From Clostridia bacterium (GTDB lineage: Bacteria > Bacillota > Clostridia > UMGS1883 > UMGS1540), in assembly GCA_045535515.1 (NCBI GenBank), contig JAZSLT010000016.1:83802-147801 (forward strand): a DNA stretch of 64,000 nucleotides, in the 5' to 3' direction. Position numbers and translations under genes: made by a program. Below the pieces are notes generated by a model. That model was not told where the DNA came from. It did not search any database and saw only the letters and a program-made list of their open reading frames with translations. Shown piece after piece: positions 39,279 through 49,902 of the stretch. The stretch's first letter is position 1, and the number at the start of each line of letters is the position of its first letter.

Positions 39279-40308
39279 GGTGGGGAACATTCCCCTTGGC
39301 GGTCAAAGCCCCGTCACCGTGCAGACGATGACGACGACGGACACGCGGGATGAAAAGAAAACAGTAGAACAAATCCGCCTTTTAGAAAGGGCGGGGGCCG
39401 ATATCGTGCGTCTGGCTGTCCCGGACATGGAGGCGGCCGAGAGCTTTGCCCGCATAAAGCGGCAGGTACAGGTGCCGCTGGTGTGCGACATTCATTTTGA
39501 TTACCGGATTGCCCTTGCCTGTATTTCGGGCGGCGCGGACAAAATACGCATAAACCCCGGTAACATCGGCAGCGAGGAGCGGGTGCGAAAGGTGGCAAAT
39601 GCCGCGAAGGGTGCCGGTATTCCCATTCGTATCGGGGTAAATGGCGGCTCGCTGGAAAAGGAAATGTACGAAAAATACGGAAACACCCCCCGCGCGATGG
39701 TGGAGAGCGCCAAGTACCACGCCTCTCTGCTTGAAAAGGAAGGGTTTTCCGATATCGTGATAAGCCTCAAGGCCTCCGATGTGCAAAAAACGGTGGAGGC
39801 ATACAGACTGATGGCAAGAGAGGGCGATTACCCTTTGCATATTGGGGTAACGGAGGCCGGCACGGCCTATCAGGGCCTCATAAAATCGGCGGCCGGCATC
39901 GGAAGCCTGCTTCTTGACGGTATTGGCGATACGATTCGCGTATCCCTTTCGGCACCGCCCGAGGAGGAGGTGCGTGCCGGCATTGCGCTTTTGCGTGCTG
40001 TTGGGAAAAGGGAGGGCGCGGCGCTTATTTCCTGTCCCACCTGCGGCCGGTGCAAAATTGATTTAATGCCGATAGCGAGAAAAATGGAGGATTACCTCGC
40101 CACCATAAAAGAGCCTATTCGTGTGGCCGTTATGGGTTGTGCGGTCAATGGCCCCGGCGAAGCGCGGGAGGCGCATGTCGGCGTGGCCGGTGGTGACGGA
40201 AAGGCCGTACTTTTCCGCCACGGCGAAATTGTGGAAAGTATACCGGAGGAAAACATCCTGCCGCGACTTATAAGCGAAGTGGAAAGGATTTTAAAAGAGT
40301 GGAAGTAG
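39265..40308 (+). CDS. ispG: 4-hydroxy-3-methylbut-2-enyl diphosphate synthase (flavodoxin)
   Basis: MKKLKVGNIPLGGQSPVTVQTMT...; 4Fe-4S cysteines CPTCGRC...C; overlaps the ctp end. Confidence 0.85.
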   Translation: MKKLKVGNIPLGGQSPVTVQTMTTTDTRDEKKTVEQIRLLERAGADIVRLAVPDMEAAESFARIKRQVQVPLVCDIHFDYRIALACISGGADKIRINPGNIGSEERVRKVANAAKGAGIPIRIGVNGGSLEKEMYEKYGNTPRAMVESAKYHASLLEKEGFSDIVISLKASDVQKTVEAYRLMAREGDYPLHIGVTEAGTAYQGLIKSAAGIGSLLLDGIGDTIRVSLSAPPEEEVRAGIALLRAVGKREGAALISCPTCGRCKIDLMPIARKMEDYLATIKEPIRVAVMGCAVNGPGEAREAHVGVAGGDGKAVLFRHGEIVESIPEENILPRLISEVERILKEWK

Positions 40309-43300
40309 GAAACACCAAAGCAATACAGGAAGTTTTCAGCGGCGCACCGATACCAAAGGGGGCCGCTGCTTTTCGTGTGGTTTCGCTTCGTGTAAATCAA
40401 AGGGAACGGACGATGCAAATTCACTTTCTGCTCCCCGAAATTCCTGACTTTACGGAAATACAAAAGCTGACGAAAGCCCTTATGGCGCACTATGCCTTGG
40501 GAAATGTGGAAAGTGAGTTTTCCTTTGCCGCCTTAACAGCGGAAGAGGGAATAACCGACCGTATCGGCGCGTTTATGACGGGGTATCTCGCCGAGAAAAA
40601 GCCGGTGCTTGCGTATGTTTTAAAGGACAGTACATGGCAGGAAAAGGATGGAGAGCTTATCGTCTGCCTGCATCACGGCGGCGGAGAAATCGTAAAAGAC
40701 CAGGCGGTGGGGCAGGAAATCGGCCGCACCTATTTTGCTTGGACAGGGCGGACGGTGCAGGTGCGCTTTACGGAGGACATGGAAGAGGTGGACCTTTCGG
40801 CAAAGCCGCTTCCCATACCGGCGCGTCCGGCATCTCCCGAAAAAAAGGAAAGCACGCCTTCGGGCAGCCTCGTTTTGGGCAAGAGCATCGACACAGAAAG
40901 AATGGATATTTCGGAAATCAACGAAGGCAGCGGCCGCTGTACGGTGTGCGGCGAGGTGTTCGCGGCCGAGGGGCGCGACATCAAGGAAAAGAAGCTTTTT
41001 ACCTTTAATATAACAGACCGGACCGATTCCATCACCTGTAAGCTGTTTCTCACGGCTGATAAATATGCCGAGGTCAGCGAAAAGGTAAAGAACGGCTCCT
41101 ATGTGGTCGTGCGCGGCAGCGCCGTTTTCGACTCCTTTGCGGGCGAGGTGGTTTTGCGCGTGCAGGATATTGAAATGGCGGAAAAACGCGAGAAGACGGA
41201 CGATGCCGCAGAAAAACGCGTAGAGCTGCATGTACATACACAGATGTCCAGCATGGACGGCGTTTCGAGCGCGACAGCGCTTGTCAAAAGAGCCATCCGC
41301 TACGGGCATCCGGCGATTGCCATTACCGACCATGGTGTGGTGCAGTCCTTTCCCGAAGCCTACAAGGCGGCGAAGGGGTCAGATATTAAGGTTATATTGG
41401 GCGTGGAGGCCTATTATGTAAATGATTTGGGCGCTTCTCTCTATAAAGGGAAATCGTGGCCGATAGATGGCGAAATGGTGGCATTTGACATTGAAACCAC
41501 GGGCCTTAGTCCCAAAACGGAGCGCATCACAGAAATCGGGGCCGTTAAAATCCGCGACGGGGTGATTACGGACACATTTTCCACCTTTGTAAACCCCGGA
41601 AAATCCATTCCGGCAAGAATTATTGAGATTACAGGCATTACCGATGCCATGGTGGCCGACGCGCCACGCGAGGAAGAGGCTGTTCGTGCTTTCCTGGATT
41701 TTTGCGGTGATGCGCCGATTATCGCGCACAATGCCTCCTTTGATACAAGCTTTATAAGGGAGGCCTGCCTTCGGATGGGCGTGCCTTATGCGCCCTCCGT
41801 TTTGGATACATTGGTTTTCTGCCGCGCTATGGTTATCAGTAAGCGGCAGCATTCTCTTGACAAAATGGCCAAATATTTCGGCATTGAAAACCCGTCCCAT
41901 CACCGCGCCGTAAACGATGCACAGGTTTGCGCGCAGATATGGGCGCAGCTTGCAAAGCAGCTTAAAGAAATAGGCGTTTCGGATATTGCCGATATTGATA
42001 AGAAGATGGCAGGAAATGTGGACATGAAGGCCCTGCCGTCCCACCACATGATTTTGCTGGCGAAAAACCGCGAAGGCCTGTTCAATCTGTATACGCTTAT
42101 CACAAAATCGCACATGGATTATTTCCATAAAACACCGCGCATTCCCAAAAGCGAGCTGGTACGCCATCGCGAGGGGCTTCTTGTAGGCTCCGCTTGCGAG
42201 GCGGGCGAGCTGTTTCGGGCGATGGTGGCAGGCGAGAACGAGAATACACTTTTAAAAATAGCGGATTTTTATGATTATCTCGAAATTCAGCCTATCGGCA
42301 ACAACCGGTTTATGCTCGCAAACGGCACCGCTTCGGATGAGGAACAACTGCGGGACTATAACCGGAGGATTATTGCACTTGGCGAAAAGCTCGGAAAGCC
42401 GGTTGTGGCAACAGGAGATGTACACTTTTTAAATCGTGAGGACGAGGTGTACCGCCGTATTCTCATGGCCGGAAAAGGCTTTGATGATGCGGATAATCAG
42501 GCACCCTTGTATTTCCGCACCACGAACGAAATGCTGGAGGAGTTCGGGTATTTGGGGGACGAGATGGCAAGGCGCGTCGTTATTGAAAATCCGCGGGCGA
42601 TTGCGGATAGGATTGAAAATGTGCCGCCCGTTCCGAAAGAAAAATGTCCGCCGGAAATTCCCGGCTCAGATACGGATATTATGCAGATGAGCCGCGAAAA
42701 GGCTGAGCGGATTTATGGTTCGCCGCTCCCCCCGATTGTGCAAAAGCGCATGGACAGGGAGCTGGACAGTATTATCACAAACGGCTTTGCCGTTATGTAT
42801 CTGATTGCCCATAAGCTTGTGAAAAAGTCCAACGAGGACGGGTATCTCGTCGGCTCGCGTGGTTCGGTTGGCTCCTCGTTTGTGGCCTTTTTGTCGGATA
42901 TCACCGAGGTAAATGCCCTGCCGCCGCATTATGTGTGCCAAAAGTGTAAATACAGCGAATTTGTAGAAAATATGGCAGGCTCCGGCTGTGACCTGCCGGA
43001 CAAGAGCTGCCCGAAGTGCGGCGCGCCCCTATATAAGGACGGTCACGATATTCCCTTTGAAACTTTCCTTGGCTTTGACGGCGATAAGGCGCCCGATATT
43101 GACCTTAACTTCTCGGGCGACTATCAGGGACACGCCCATAAGTACACCGAAGTATTATTCGGGGCCGAAAATGTATTCAAGGCCGGCACGATTGGTACGC
43201 TGGCGGAAAAAACGGCATACGGTTATGTGCGCAAATACTTTGAGGAGCGCGGCAAGAGCCTGAGAAAGGCCGAGCTTGACAGGCTCACGATAGGCTGTAC

Positions 43301-44513
43301 CGGCGTAAAACGAACAACGGGTCAGCATCCGGGCGGCATTGTCGTTTTGCCAAAGGGGCGCGATATCAATGAATTTTGCCCTGTCCAGCATCCGGCGGAT
43401 AAAAGCGAAAGCGATGTAAAAACAACGCATTTTGATTATCATTCCATTGACGAAAACCTCCTAAAGCTTGATATCCTCGGACACGACGACCCGACGGTTA
43501 TTCGTATGCTGGAGGATTTGACGGGCATTGATGCCAAAAGCATTCCGCTGGACGATAAGGAAACGATGAGCCTTTTTACCGGCAAGGAAGCCTTAAGGCT
43601 GCAAAGCGACATTAAAAGTACAGTAGGTACGCTGGCTATTCCGGAATTCGGCACAGGGTTTGTGCGGCAGATGCTCCTGGACACAAAGCCCAAAACCTTC
43701 TCCGATTTAATCCGCATAAGCGGACTTTCCCACGGCACCGATGTATGGCTCGGTAATGCGCAGGATATTGTAAGAAGCGGCACGGCGAAGCTTTCGGGCT
43801 GTATCTGTACGCGCGATGACATTATGCTGTACCTGATTACAAAAGGGGTGGCTCCCAAGCTTTCCTTTACCATTATGGAGTCGGTCCGAAAAGGGAAGGG
43901 TTTAAAGCCGGAATGGGAAGAGGAAATGCGGGCGCACGAGGTACCTGCATGGTATATCGATTCCTGTAAAAAGATTAAATATATGTTCCCGAAGGCGCAC
44001 GCGGCGGCCTATGTTACGATGGCGTTTCGTATTGCGTATTGCAAGGTGCATTATCCGCTGGCCTTTTACATGGCGTATTACAGTGTCCGCGCCGATGACT
44101 TTGACTATGCGCTCATGGCAAGCGGTCACGCCGTTGTCCGGGAAAAGATGGCAGAGCTTTCGGCCCTTGAAAACAAAACGCAGAAGGACAAGAATGTTTT
44201 GTCCATTTTAGAGGTGTGCGACGAAATGTATGCGCGCGGCTTCTCCTTCTGCCCGATTGACCTGTACGCCTCCGACGCGGAAAAATTCCGTGAGGTAGAC
44301 GGCAAAATCCTGCCGCCGCTGATCAGTATGCAGGGGCTCGGCTCGGCCGCGGCGCATAATATTGCCAAGGCCAGAGAGGACGGCCCGTTCCTTTCGGTGG
44401 ATGACCTTGTCCAGCGTAGCGGTGCCAACAAATCCGTAATTGAAATTATGACAAAAAGCGGCGTTTTAGCCGATTTGCCCGAGATTAGCCAGACGACCTT
44501 GTTTGGCCTATAG
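40299..44513 (+). CDS. polC: DNA polymerase III PolC-type
   Basis: 1404 aa with a GTG start; OB domain, PHP domain (HVHTQMS), DEDDh exonuclease domain (FDIETTG), polymerase core; N-terminus aligns with Bacillus PolC. Confidence 0.9.
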   Translation: MEVGNTKAIQEVFSGAPIPKGAAAFRVVSLRVNQRERTMQIHFLLPEIPDFTEIQKLTKALMAHYALGNVESEFSFAALTAEEGITDRIGAFMTGYLAEKKPVLAYVLKDSTWQEKDGELIVCLHHGGGEIVKDQAVGQEIGRTYFAWTGRTVQVRFTEDMEEVDLSAKPLPIPARPASPEKKESTPSGSLVLGKSIDTERMDISEINEGSGRCTVCGEVFAAEGRDIKEKKLFTFNITDRTDSITCKLFLTADKYAEVSEKVKNGSYVVVRGSAVFDSFAGEVVLRVQDIEMAEKREKTDDAAEKRVELHVHTQMSSMDGVSSATALVKRAIRYGHPAIAITDHGVVQSFPEAYKAAKGSDIKVILGVEAYYVNDLGASLYKGKSWPIDGEMVAFDIETTGLSPKTERITEIGAVKIRDGVITDTFSTFVNPGKSIPARIIEITGITDAMVADAPREEEAVRAFLDFCGDAPIIAHNASFDTSFIREACLRMGVPYAPSVLDTLVFCRAMVISKRQHSLDKMAKYFGIENPSHHRAVNDAQVCAQIWAQLAKQLKEIGVSDIADIDKKMAGNVDMKALPSHHMILLAKNREGLFNLYTLITKSHMDYFHKTPRIPKSELVRHREGLLVGSACEAGELFRAMVAGENENTLLKIADFYDYLEIQPIGNNRFMLANGTASDEEQLRDYNRRIIALGEKLGKPVVATGDVHFLNREDEVYRRILMAGKGFDDADNQAPLYFRTTNEMLEEFGYLGDEMARRVVIENPRAIADRIENVPPVPKEKCPPEIPGSDTDIMQMSREKAERIYGSPLPPIVQKRMDRELDSIITNGFAVMYLIAHKLVKKSNEDGYLVGSRGSVGSSFVAFLSDITEVNALPPHYVCQKCKYSEFVENMAGSGCDLPDKSCPKCGAPLYKDGHDIPFETFLGFDGDKAPDIDLNFSGDYQGHAHKYTEVLFGAENVFKAGTIGTLAEKTAYGYVRKYFEERGKSLRKAELDRLTIGCTGVKRTTGQHPGGIVVLPKGRDINEFCPVQHPADKSESDVKTTHFDYHSIDENLLKLDILGHDDPTVIRMLEDLTGIDAKSIPLDDKETMSLFTGKEALRLQSDIKSTVGTLAIPEFGTGFVRQMLLDTKPKTFSDLIRISGLSHGTDVWLGNAQDIVRSGTAKLSGCICTRDDIMLYLITKGVAPKLSFTIMESVRKGKGLKPEWEEEMRAHEVPAWYIDSCKKIKYMFPKAHAAAYVTMAFRIAYCKVHYPLAFYMAYYSVRADDFDYALMASGHAVVREKMAELSALENKTQKDKNVLSILEVCDEMYARGFSFCPIDLYASDAEKFREVDGKILPPLISMQGLGSAAAHNIAKAREDGPFLSVDDLVQRSGANKSVIEIMTKSGVLADLPEISQTTLFGL

Positions 44514-44540
44514 AAAAACGAAAAAAGGAGGGGATAGGAG

Positions 44541-45125
44541 ATGACCAAGAAAAACGGCAGAAATACGAAGGGAAAAATCATCGTGGCCGCCTGGAAACTT
44601 TTTTATGAGCAAGGTTATGAAAACACAACCATTGAGGAAATCATTGAAGAGTCCGGCACCTCCAAAGGCTCCTTCTACCATTATTTTGCCGGAAAGGATG
44701 CCCTTTTAAGCTCGCTCTCGTATATGTTTGATGAAAAATACGAGGAGCTGATGGGGGAAATGGCGCCGGATATGCACAGCTTTGATAAGCTGATGTATTT
44801 AAACCGCGAGCTTTTTCTGCTGGTGGAAAACAGTATTTCCATAGAACTGCTGGCAAAGCTGTATTCCTCCCAGCTCACCACAAAGGGGGAAAAGCATCTT
44901 CTGGACCATAACCGCGTCTACTACAAGGTTTTGCGCGCGATTTTCGCGGAAGGGCAGAAGAAGGGGGAAATTACCGAAGAGCTTTCCACGGGCGAGCTTG
45001 TTAAGGTATACGCCCTTTGCGAACGCGCTCTTTTATACGATTGGTGCCTCGCAAACGGGGATTATTCCCTGACGCGCTATGCGGAAAGAATGTTCCCCTT
45101 GTTTCTGGAAAAATTTAAGATTTAA
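44541..45125 (+). CDS. TetR/AcrR family transcriptional regulator
   Basis: N-terminal HTH GYENTTIEEIIEESGTSKGSFYHYF. Confidence 0.8.
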   Translation: MTKKNGRNTKGKIIVAAWKLFYEQGYENTTIEEIIEESGTSKGSFYHYFAGKDALLSSLSYMFDEKYEELMGEMAPDMHSFDKLMYLNRELFLLVENSISIELLAKLYSSQLTTKGEKHLLDHNRVYYKVLRAIFAEGQKKGEITEELSTGELVKVYALCERALLYDWCLANGDYSLTRYAERMFPLFLEKFKI

Positions 45126-45217
45126 ATAAATTTTATTTTTAGCACATTTTTTGGTACAGGAAAGCGTACGGTCGAAATATGGCTAAAAAACAATAAAAAT
45201 GAAGAATTTTATAAAAC

Positions 45218-45243
45218 AAAGTACATATTTTGGTATGTACTTT
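45218..45243 (+). promoter_or_regulatory. palindromic operator overlapping the symporter promoter
   Basis: AAAGTACATA-TTTTGG-TATGTACTTT is a perfect 10-bp inverted repeat; a TATAAT -10 element and AAAGGAG RBS follow. Confidence 0.4.
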
Positions 45244-45321
45244 GTTCTGTATTGCATTCTATTAAAAAGTATGCTATAATCATTTGCGAAAATGAAAATT
45301 TTGGAAAGGAGAATATTCTTT

Positions 45322-46857
45322 ATGGATATTTTAGCATTTTCACTTTATTTTATAGCAATGATTGCTATAGGCCTTTTCTTTTTTGTTAAGTCAAGGGCTG
45401 TAACAGAAAAGGATTACTTTCTGGGCGGCCGCGCGATGGGCCCGTGGGTAACGGCCATGAGCGCCCAGGCTTCGGATATGAGCGCATGGCTTTTGATGGG
45501 CCTTCCCGGCAGCATCTTGGCGTTCGGGTTTGGACAGGCCTGGATTGGTATCGGTCTTGCCATCGGTACGGCGGCAAACTGGATTTTGATTGCCAAAAGA
45601 CTTCGCAAGTTCTCAAGAGCAGCTGGTGACTCCATTACACTTCCGCAGTATCTTTCCAACAGATTTGCGACAAAAAGCCATACGGTAAGCATTATCTGCG
45701 CCGTTGTGTTCCTTGTATGCTTTACGATTTATGTGGCATCTGCCTTCGTTGCCGGTGCAGATGTATTCACAACGCTGGTTCCCCAGCTTTCGAGAACAAC
45801 GGCCATGATTATCTTTGCGGCGATTGTTCTGATATACACATTCCTCGGCGGCTTCAGCGCCGTTTGCTGGACGGACTTTTTCCAGGGCCTTTTAATGCTG
45901 GCCGCGCTTTTGATTGTTCCTATCGTTGTAGGTTTTACAAAAAATCTGGATGTTACGGCACTTTCCACGGTTTATACGGGACCGAGCGGCGAAGAGTTTA
46001 AGTTCGTTGCAAGCTTCATGAATGCAAGCTGGAAGGATATCCTTTCCGGTCTTGGCTGGGGCCTCGGCTATTTCGGTATGCCGCATATCATTGTACGATT
46101 TATGGCGATTAAAAAGCCTTCCATGGTTAAGAAATCTGCCACCGTTGCGATTATCTGGGTTGTACTTTCTCTGGGTGCCGCCATCGTCATTGCCTACCTT
46201 GGCAGAATGTTCGTGTATGCAAACGGAACGGACCTTTCGGCAGAGCTTTTAAGTCAGGGCAAGCAGTCGCTTATATTCGTAGAGCTTGCGCGTGATGTTT
46301 TCCCTGCATTCATAGCAGGCCTGTTGCTTGCAGCTATTATTGCGGCCAGCATGTCCACGGCAGATTCGCAGCTTTTAGTTGCGGCATCCTCTTTTTCAAG
46401 CGACCTTTATAAGCCGATTGTCAGAAAAAATGCGTCTAACAAGGAAATGCTCTGGGTAAGCCGCGCTATTGTACTGGTCATTGCCGTTATTGCCTTCTTT
46501 ATTGCAAGCAGTAAGGGTAAGGCGGCACAGGCCATTATGGATTTGGTTTCCAACGCCTGGGGTATTTTCGGTGCAGCCTTCGGCCCTGCCGTATTGCTTT
46601 CGCTGTTCTGGAAGCGCTTTACCTATAAGGGTGCAGTTGCCGGTATTATAGTCGGTGCTTTAGTGGATATGCTCTGGCTGTGGCTTCCGGTTGCAGGTGG
46701 CATGGCGCTGACAGCTTTAACGGGTATATATGAAATTATCCCCGGCTTCGTGCTTGGCGGTCTGGCGGCCATTATCGTTACGCTTTTGGACAAAGCGCCT
46801 TCCGAAGAGGTTTTGGCGATTTATGAGAAAGCAACCGATAGCAGTATAGACGACTAA
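45322..46857 (+). CDS. sodium:solute symporter (SSS family, PutP-like)
   Basis: 13 TM; SSS-family sequence pattern; start MDILAFSLYF with RBS AAAGGAGAA. Confidence 0.8.
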   Translation: MDILAFSLYFIAMIAIGLFFFVKSRAVTEKDYFLGGRAMGPWVTAMSAQASDMSAWLLMGLPGSILAFGFGQAWIGIGLAIGTAANWILIAKRLRKFSRAAGDSITLPQYLSNRFATKSHTVSIICAVVFLVCFTIYVASAFVAGADVFTTLVPQLSRTTAMIIFAAIVLIYTFLGGFSAVCWTDFFQGLLMLAALLIVPIVVGFTKNLDVTALSTVYTGPSGEEFKFVASFMNASWKDILSGLGWGLGYFGMPHIIVRFMAIKKPSMVKKSATVAIIWVVLSLGAAIVIAYLGRMFVYANGTDLSAELLSQGKQSLIFVELARDVFPAFIAGLLLAAIIAASMSTADSQLLVAASSFSSDLYKPIVRKNASNKEMLWVSRAIVLVIAVIAFFIASSKGKAAQAIMDLVSNAWGIFGAAFGPAVLLSLFWKRFTYKGAVAGIIVGALVDMLWLWLPVAGGMALTALTGIYEIIPGFVLGGLAAIIVTLLDKAPSEEVLAIYEKATDSSIDD

Positions 46858-46894
46858 GGGTTTGCCTTTCGGGGCGTAAGAACCATAGAAAAAG

Positions 46895-46927
46895 GACTGA
46901 CTCCGTTTTTGGCGGAGTCAGTTTTTT
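46895..46927. terminator. bidirectional terminator between the symporter and convergent gpsA
   Basis: CTGACTCCG-ttttt-GGCGGAGTCAG with U/A runs on both sides. Confidence 0.7.
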
Positions 46928-46977
46928 ATACAAAAAAGCTCTCGCATTTTTGCGAGAGCTTTCTATGACGGGGACAT

Positions 46978-47973
46978 TTAAATCCATTCTGCTTCCGTTT
47001 TCTTTTCTCTTTGCATAAGGGCGAGTGCCTCCTCCCTCGGGGAGACATCTTCAAACAGGACGCGGTAGGCGGCGGAAACGATGGGCATTTCCACATTATA
47101 CTCCTTTGCCAGATGGTAGGCCGCCTCTGCGGCAAACACGCCTTCTACCACCATGTGTACCTTGTCAAGCGCTTCTTTTACCGGCGTGCCTTCGCCAATT
47201 AACATACCGGCTCTTCGGTTTCGGCTGTGCTGGCTGGTACAGGTTACAATCAGGTCACCGATGCCGGAAAGACCGGCAAAGGTGGCAGGGTTTGCCCCCA
47301 TGGCCACGCCCAGACGCGACATTTCGGCAAGACCGCGCGTCATAAGCGCCGCCTTTGTATTATCGCCATACCCAAGCCCGTCCATAATGCCGGCGCAAAG
47401 GGCGATAACATTTTTCAGCGCACCGCCAAGCTCGGCGCCGATAACATCGTTTGTGGTATATACGCGAAAAGCCGGGCACATAAAGACATCCTGTACAATC
47501 TCTGCCGCCTCCATATTTTCCGAGGCCGCCACAACCGTGGTGGGAATTCCCTTGCCAACCTCCTCGGCGTGCGAGGGACCGGTCAGCACGACAACGGGAT
47601 TTTCCGGACAAAAACGGGAGATGATAGTGCTGAAACGCTCCTTTGAGCGTGCGTCGAGCCCCTTCGTAAGCGTAACGATAATCGTATCCGGTAAAACATG
47701 GGGGGACAGGCTTTCCACCGTTTTCCCTAAAGCCGCAGAGGGCGTTGCCATAACGAGGATTTCAGCATCTGCCGCCTTCTCAAGGTCTGCCGTATATACA
47801 ATCCCATCGGGCAGCATAACGCCCGGCAGAAATTCCCGGTTTTCCTTATTCTTTGCAATCGCGTCGCTTTCCTCCTGCTTCCACGACCAAAGGGTAACGG
47901 CGTGGCCGCCACGGCACAGGAGCGCGCTTATGGCAGTACCCCAACCGCCGGAACCAATAACAGAAATTTTCAT
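46978..47973 (-). CDS. gpsA: NAD(P)H-dependent glycerol-3-phosphate dehydrogenase
   Basis: MKISVIGSGGWGTAIS... Confidence 0.9.
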   Translation of the reverse strand: MKISVIGSGGWGTAISALLCRGGHAVTLWSWKQEESDAIAKNKENREFLPGVMLPDGIVYTADLEKAADAEILVMATPSAALGKTVESLSPHVLPDTIIVTLTKGLDARSKERFSTIISRFCPENPVVVLTGPSHAEEVGKGIPTTVVAASENMEAAEIVQDVFMCPAFRVYTTNDVIGAELGGALKNVIALCAGIMDGLGYGDNTKAALMTRGLAEMSRLGVAMGANPATFAGLSGIGDLIVTCTSQHSRNRRAGMLIGEGTPVKEALDKVHMVVEGVFAAEAAYHLAKEYNVEMPIVSAAYRVLFEDVSPREEALALMQREKKTEAEWI

Positions 47974-48557
47974 TTTCCCAGCTTCCTTTCTGTACCTTGC
48001 GCAAGGCGTTTAATATTCCCGGCGTGCCGGAGTATCGCCAGAAGAGAGGTGGCCACCGCGAAAATGCGAAGCCACATATCCGGCTCGCGGATAAGAACCA
48101 AAACAGCAAAAATCACACACCCCGTAATGGAGCCGAGCGAAACATAGCGCGTGGCGGCAATAATAATAACGGCGAGGAGGAAGGCGTAAAGCGCCTCGGT
48201 GGGGGCAACTGTCAGCATAACGGCCAAAGAGGTAACGATGCCTTTGCCACCGCGAAAACCAAAATAAAGGGGGAAATTATGTCCCATAACGGCAAGAAAG
48301 CCGCCGAGGTAACTGCCATATTCACCGCCGAGCTTACGGCAGATGAGTACCGCCGCAACACCCTTTAAAATATCCATCACAAAAACGAGGGCGGCCGCAC
48401 CTTTGCCGAAGGTGCGGAGAATGTTGGTGGCACCGGCGTTGCCGCTGCCAACGGTACGGATATCTTTTCCCTTTGCGCGGGAGATAATAACCGCAGAATT
48501 GATGCTTCCCAGAAGATACCCGATAAGGGCACAGGCTATGTATAAGAGAATGCGCAT
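47970..48557 (-). CDS. plsY: glycerol-3-phosphate acyltransferase PlsY
   Basis: MRILLYIACALIGYLLGSIN...GSGNAGATN; ATGA overlap with gpsA; the track ORF is over-extended. Confidence 0.85.
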   Translation of the reverse strand: MRILLYIACALIGYLLGSINSAVIISRAKGKDIRTVGSGNAGATNILRTFGKGAAALVFVMDILKGVAAVLICRKLGGEYGSYLGGFLAVMGHNFPLYFGFRGGKGIVTSLAVMLTVAPTEALYAFLLAVIIIAATRYVSLGSITGCVIFAVLVLIREPDMWLRIFAVATSLLAILRHAGNIKRLAQGTERKLGK

Positions 48558-48573
48558 AGGTTCACTTTCCTTT

Positions 48574-49902
48574 CTAATCCCGATTTTCCTGCCGCTCCCG
48601 AATAATAAAGCGAAGCGGCGTGCCGGTAAGCCCGAAGGTTTCCCGTATTCTGTTTTCCAGATAGCGCACATAGGAGAAGTGCGCCAGCTCCTTGTCATTT
48701 ACAAATAAAATGAAGGTCGGGGGATTGGTGCTGGCTTGTGTAATATAATAAATTTTCAGGCGCTTTCCTTTATCGGAGGGAGGCTGTACCTTTTCCGTAG
48801 CATCCGTCAGAATATCATTCAATACACCGGTGGAAATACGCATGGAGTTTTGCTGATATACACTTTTCAGAAGCGGAAACAGCTTGTCCACACGCTGGCC
48901 GGTTTTGGCGGAAATGAAAAGGTTTGGCGCATAGGTCATAAAGCTCAAGGTGTCATAAACCGAGTTCTGAAAGACCTGCATCGTCTTGGTTTCCTTCTCA
49001 ATCAAATCCCACTTATTAATCAGAATGACGGAGGCCTTTCCGGCTTCGTGCACATACCCTGCGATTTTGGCATCCTGTTCGCTGATGCCGGCCGAGGCAT
49101 CGACCACAATAACGGCCACATCGCAGCGCTCCACCGCCGCCAGCGCGCGCATAACGCTGTAGCGTTCAATCGTATCGTCTACGCGGCTTTGCCGGCGCAT
49201 ACCGGCCGTGTCAATCAGCGTAAATTTCTGTCCGTCAATTTCCACATCGCTGTCAATAGCGTCGCGCGTGGTGCCGGGGATGTTGCTGACAATCATGCGG
49301 TTTTCCCCTAAAATATGATTTACAAGAGAGCTTTTACCCGCATTCGGCTTTCCTACAATGGCTACCCGAATCGTGTCACCCTCGTCCTCTGTGGCATTTT
49401 CATCGGGAAAGAGGGAAATGGCCTGTTCTATCACATCGCCAACCCCCATGCCGTGGAGGGAGGAAACAGGATACGGCTCGCCAAGACCGAGAGAGTAAAA
49501 TTCATATACCCCGAGAGGCACCTCTCCCGGTGCATCGCATTTATTCACCACTAAAAGGACGGGCTTGCCGGATTTTTGCAAGAGGGTGGCAATTTCCATA
49601 TCGTTCGCCGTAACGCCCTCCTTGAGATTGGTGATAAATAATATCACATCGGCGGTGTCCATAGCAAGCTGTACCTGCATACGCATTTCCTGCAGAATAA
49701 TGTCCTTTCCGGCCGGTTCAATACCGCCGGTATCCACAACAGAAAAGCTGCGGCCAAACCATTCGGCATCGGCATAAATATGGTCATGGGTGATACCGGG
49801 CGTATCCTCTACAATGGACAGCCTTCTGCCGATAAGCTTATTAAAGAGTGTAGATTTTCCTACATTAGGGCGGCCAATCACCGCCAGAATCGGTTTTGTC
49901 AT
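48574..49902 (-). CDS. der: ribosome-biogenesis GTPase Der (EngA)
   Basis: Two GTPase domains (GRPNVGKST; GKPNAGKSS) and a KH-like C-terminus. Confidence 0.9.
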   Translation of the reverse strand: MTKPILAVIGRPNVGKSTLFNKLIGRRLSIVEDTPGITHDHIYADAEWFGRSFSVVDTGGIEPAGKDIILQEMRMQVQLAMDTADVILFITNLKEGVTANDMEIATLLQKSGKPVLLVVNKCDAPGEVPLGVYEFYSLGLGEPYPVSSLHGMGVGDVIEQAISLFPDENATEDEGDTIRVAIVGKPNAGKSSLVNHILGENRMIVSNIPGTTRDAIDSDVEIDGQKFTLIDTAGMRRQSRVDDTIERYSVMRALAAVERCDVAVIVVDASAGISEQDAKIAGYVHEAGKASVILINKWDLIEKETKTMQVFQNSVYDTLSFMTYAPNLFISAKTGQRVDKLFPLLKSVYQQNSMRISTGVLNDILTDATEKVQPPSDKGKRLKIYYITQASTNPPTFILFVNDKELAHFSYVRYLENRIRETFGLTGTPLRFIIRERQENRD

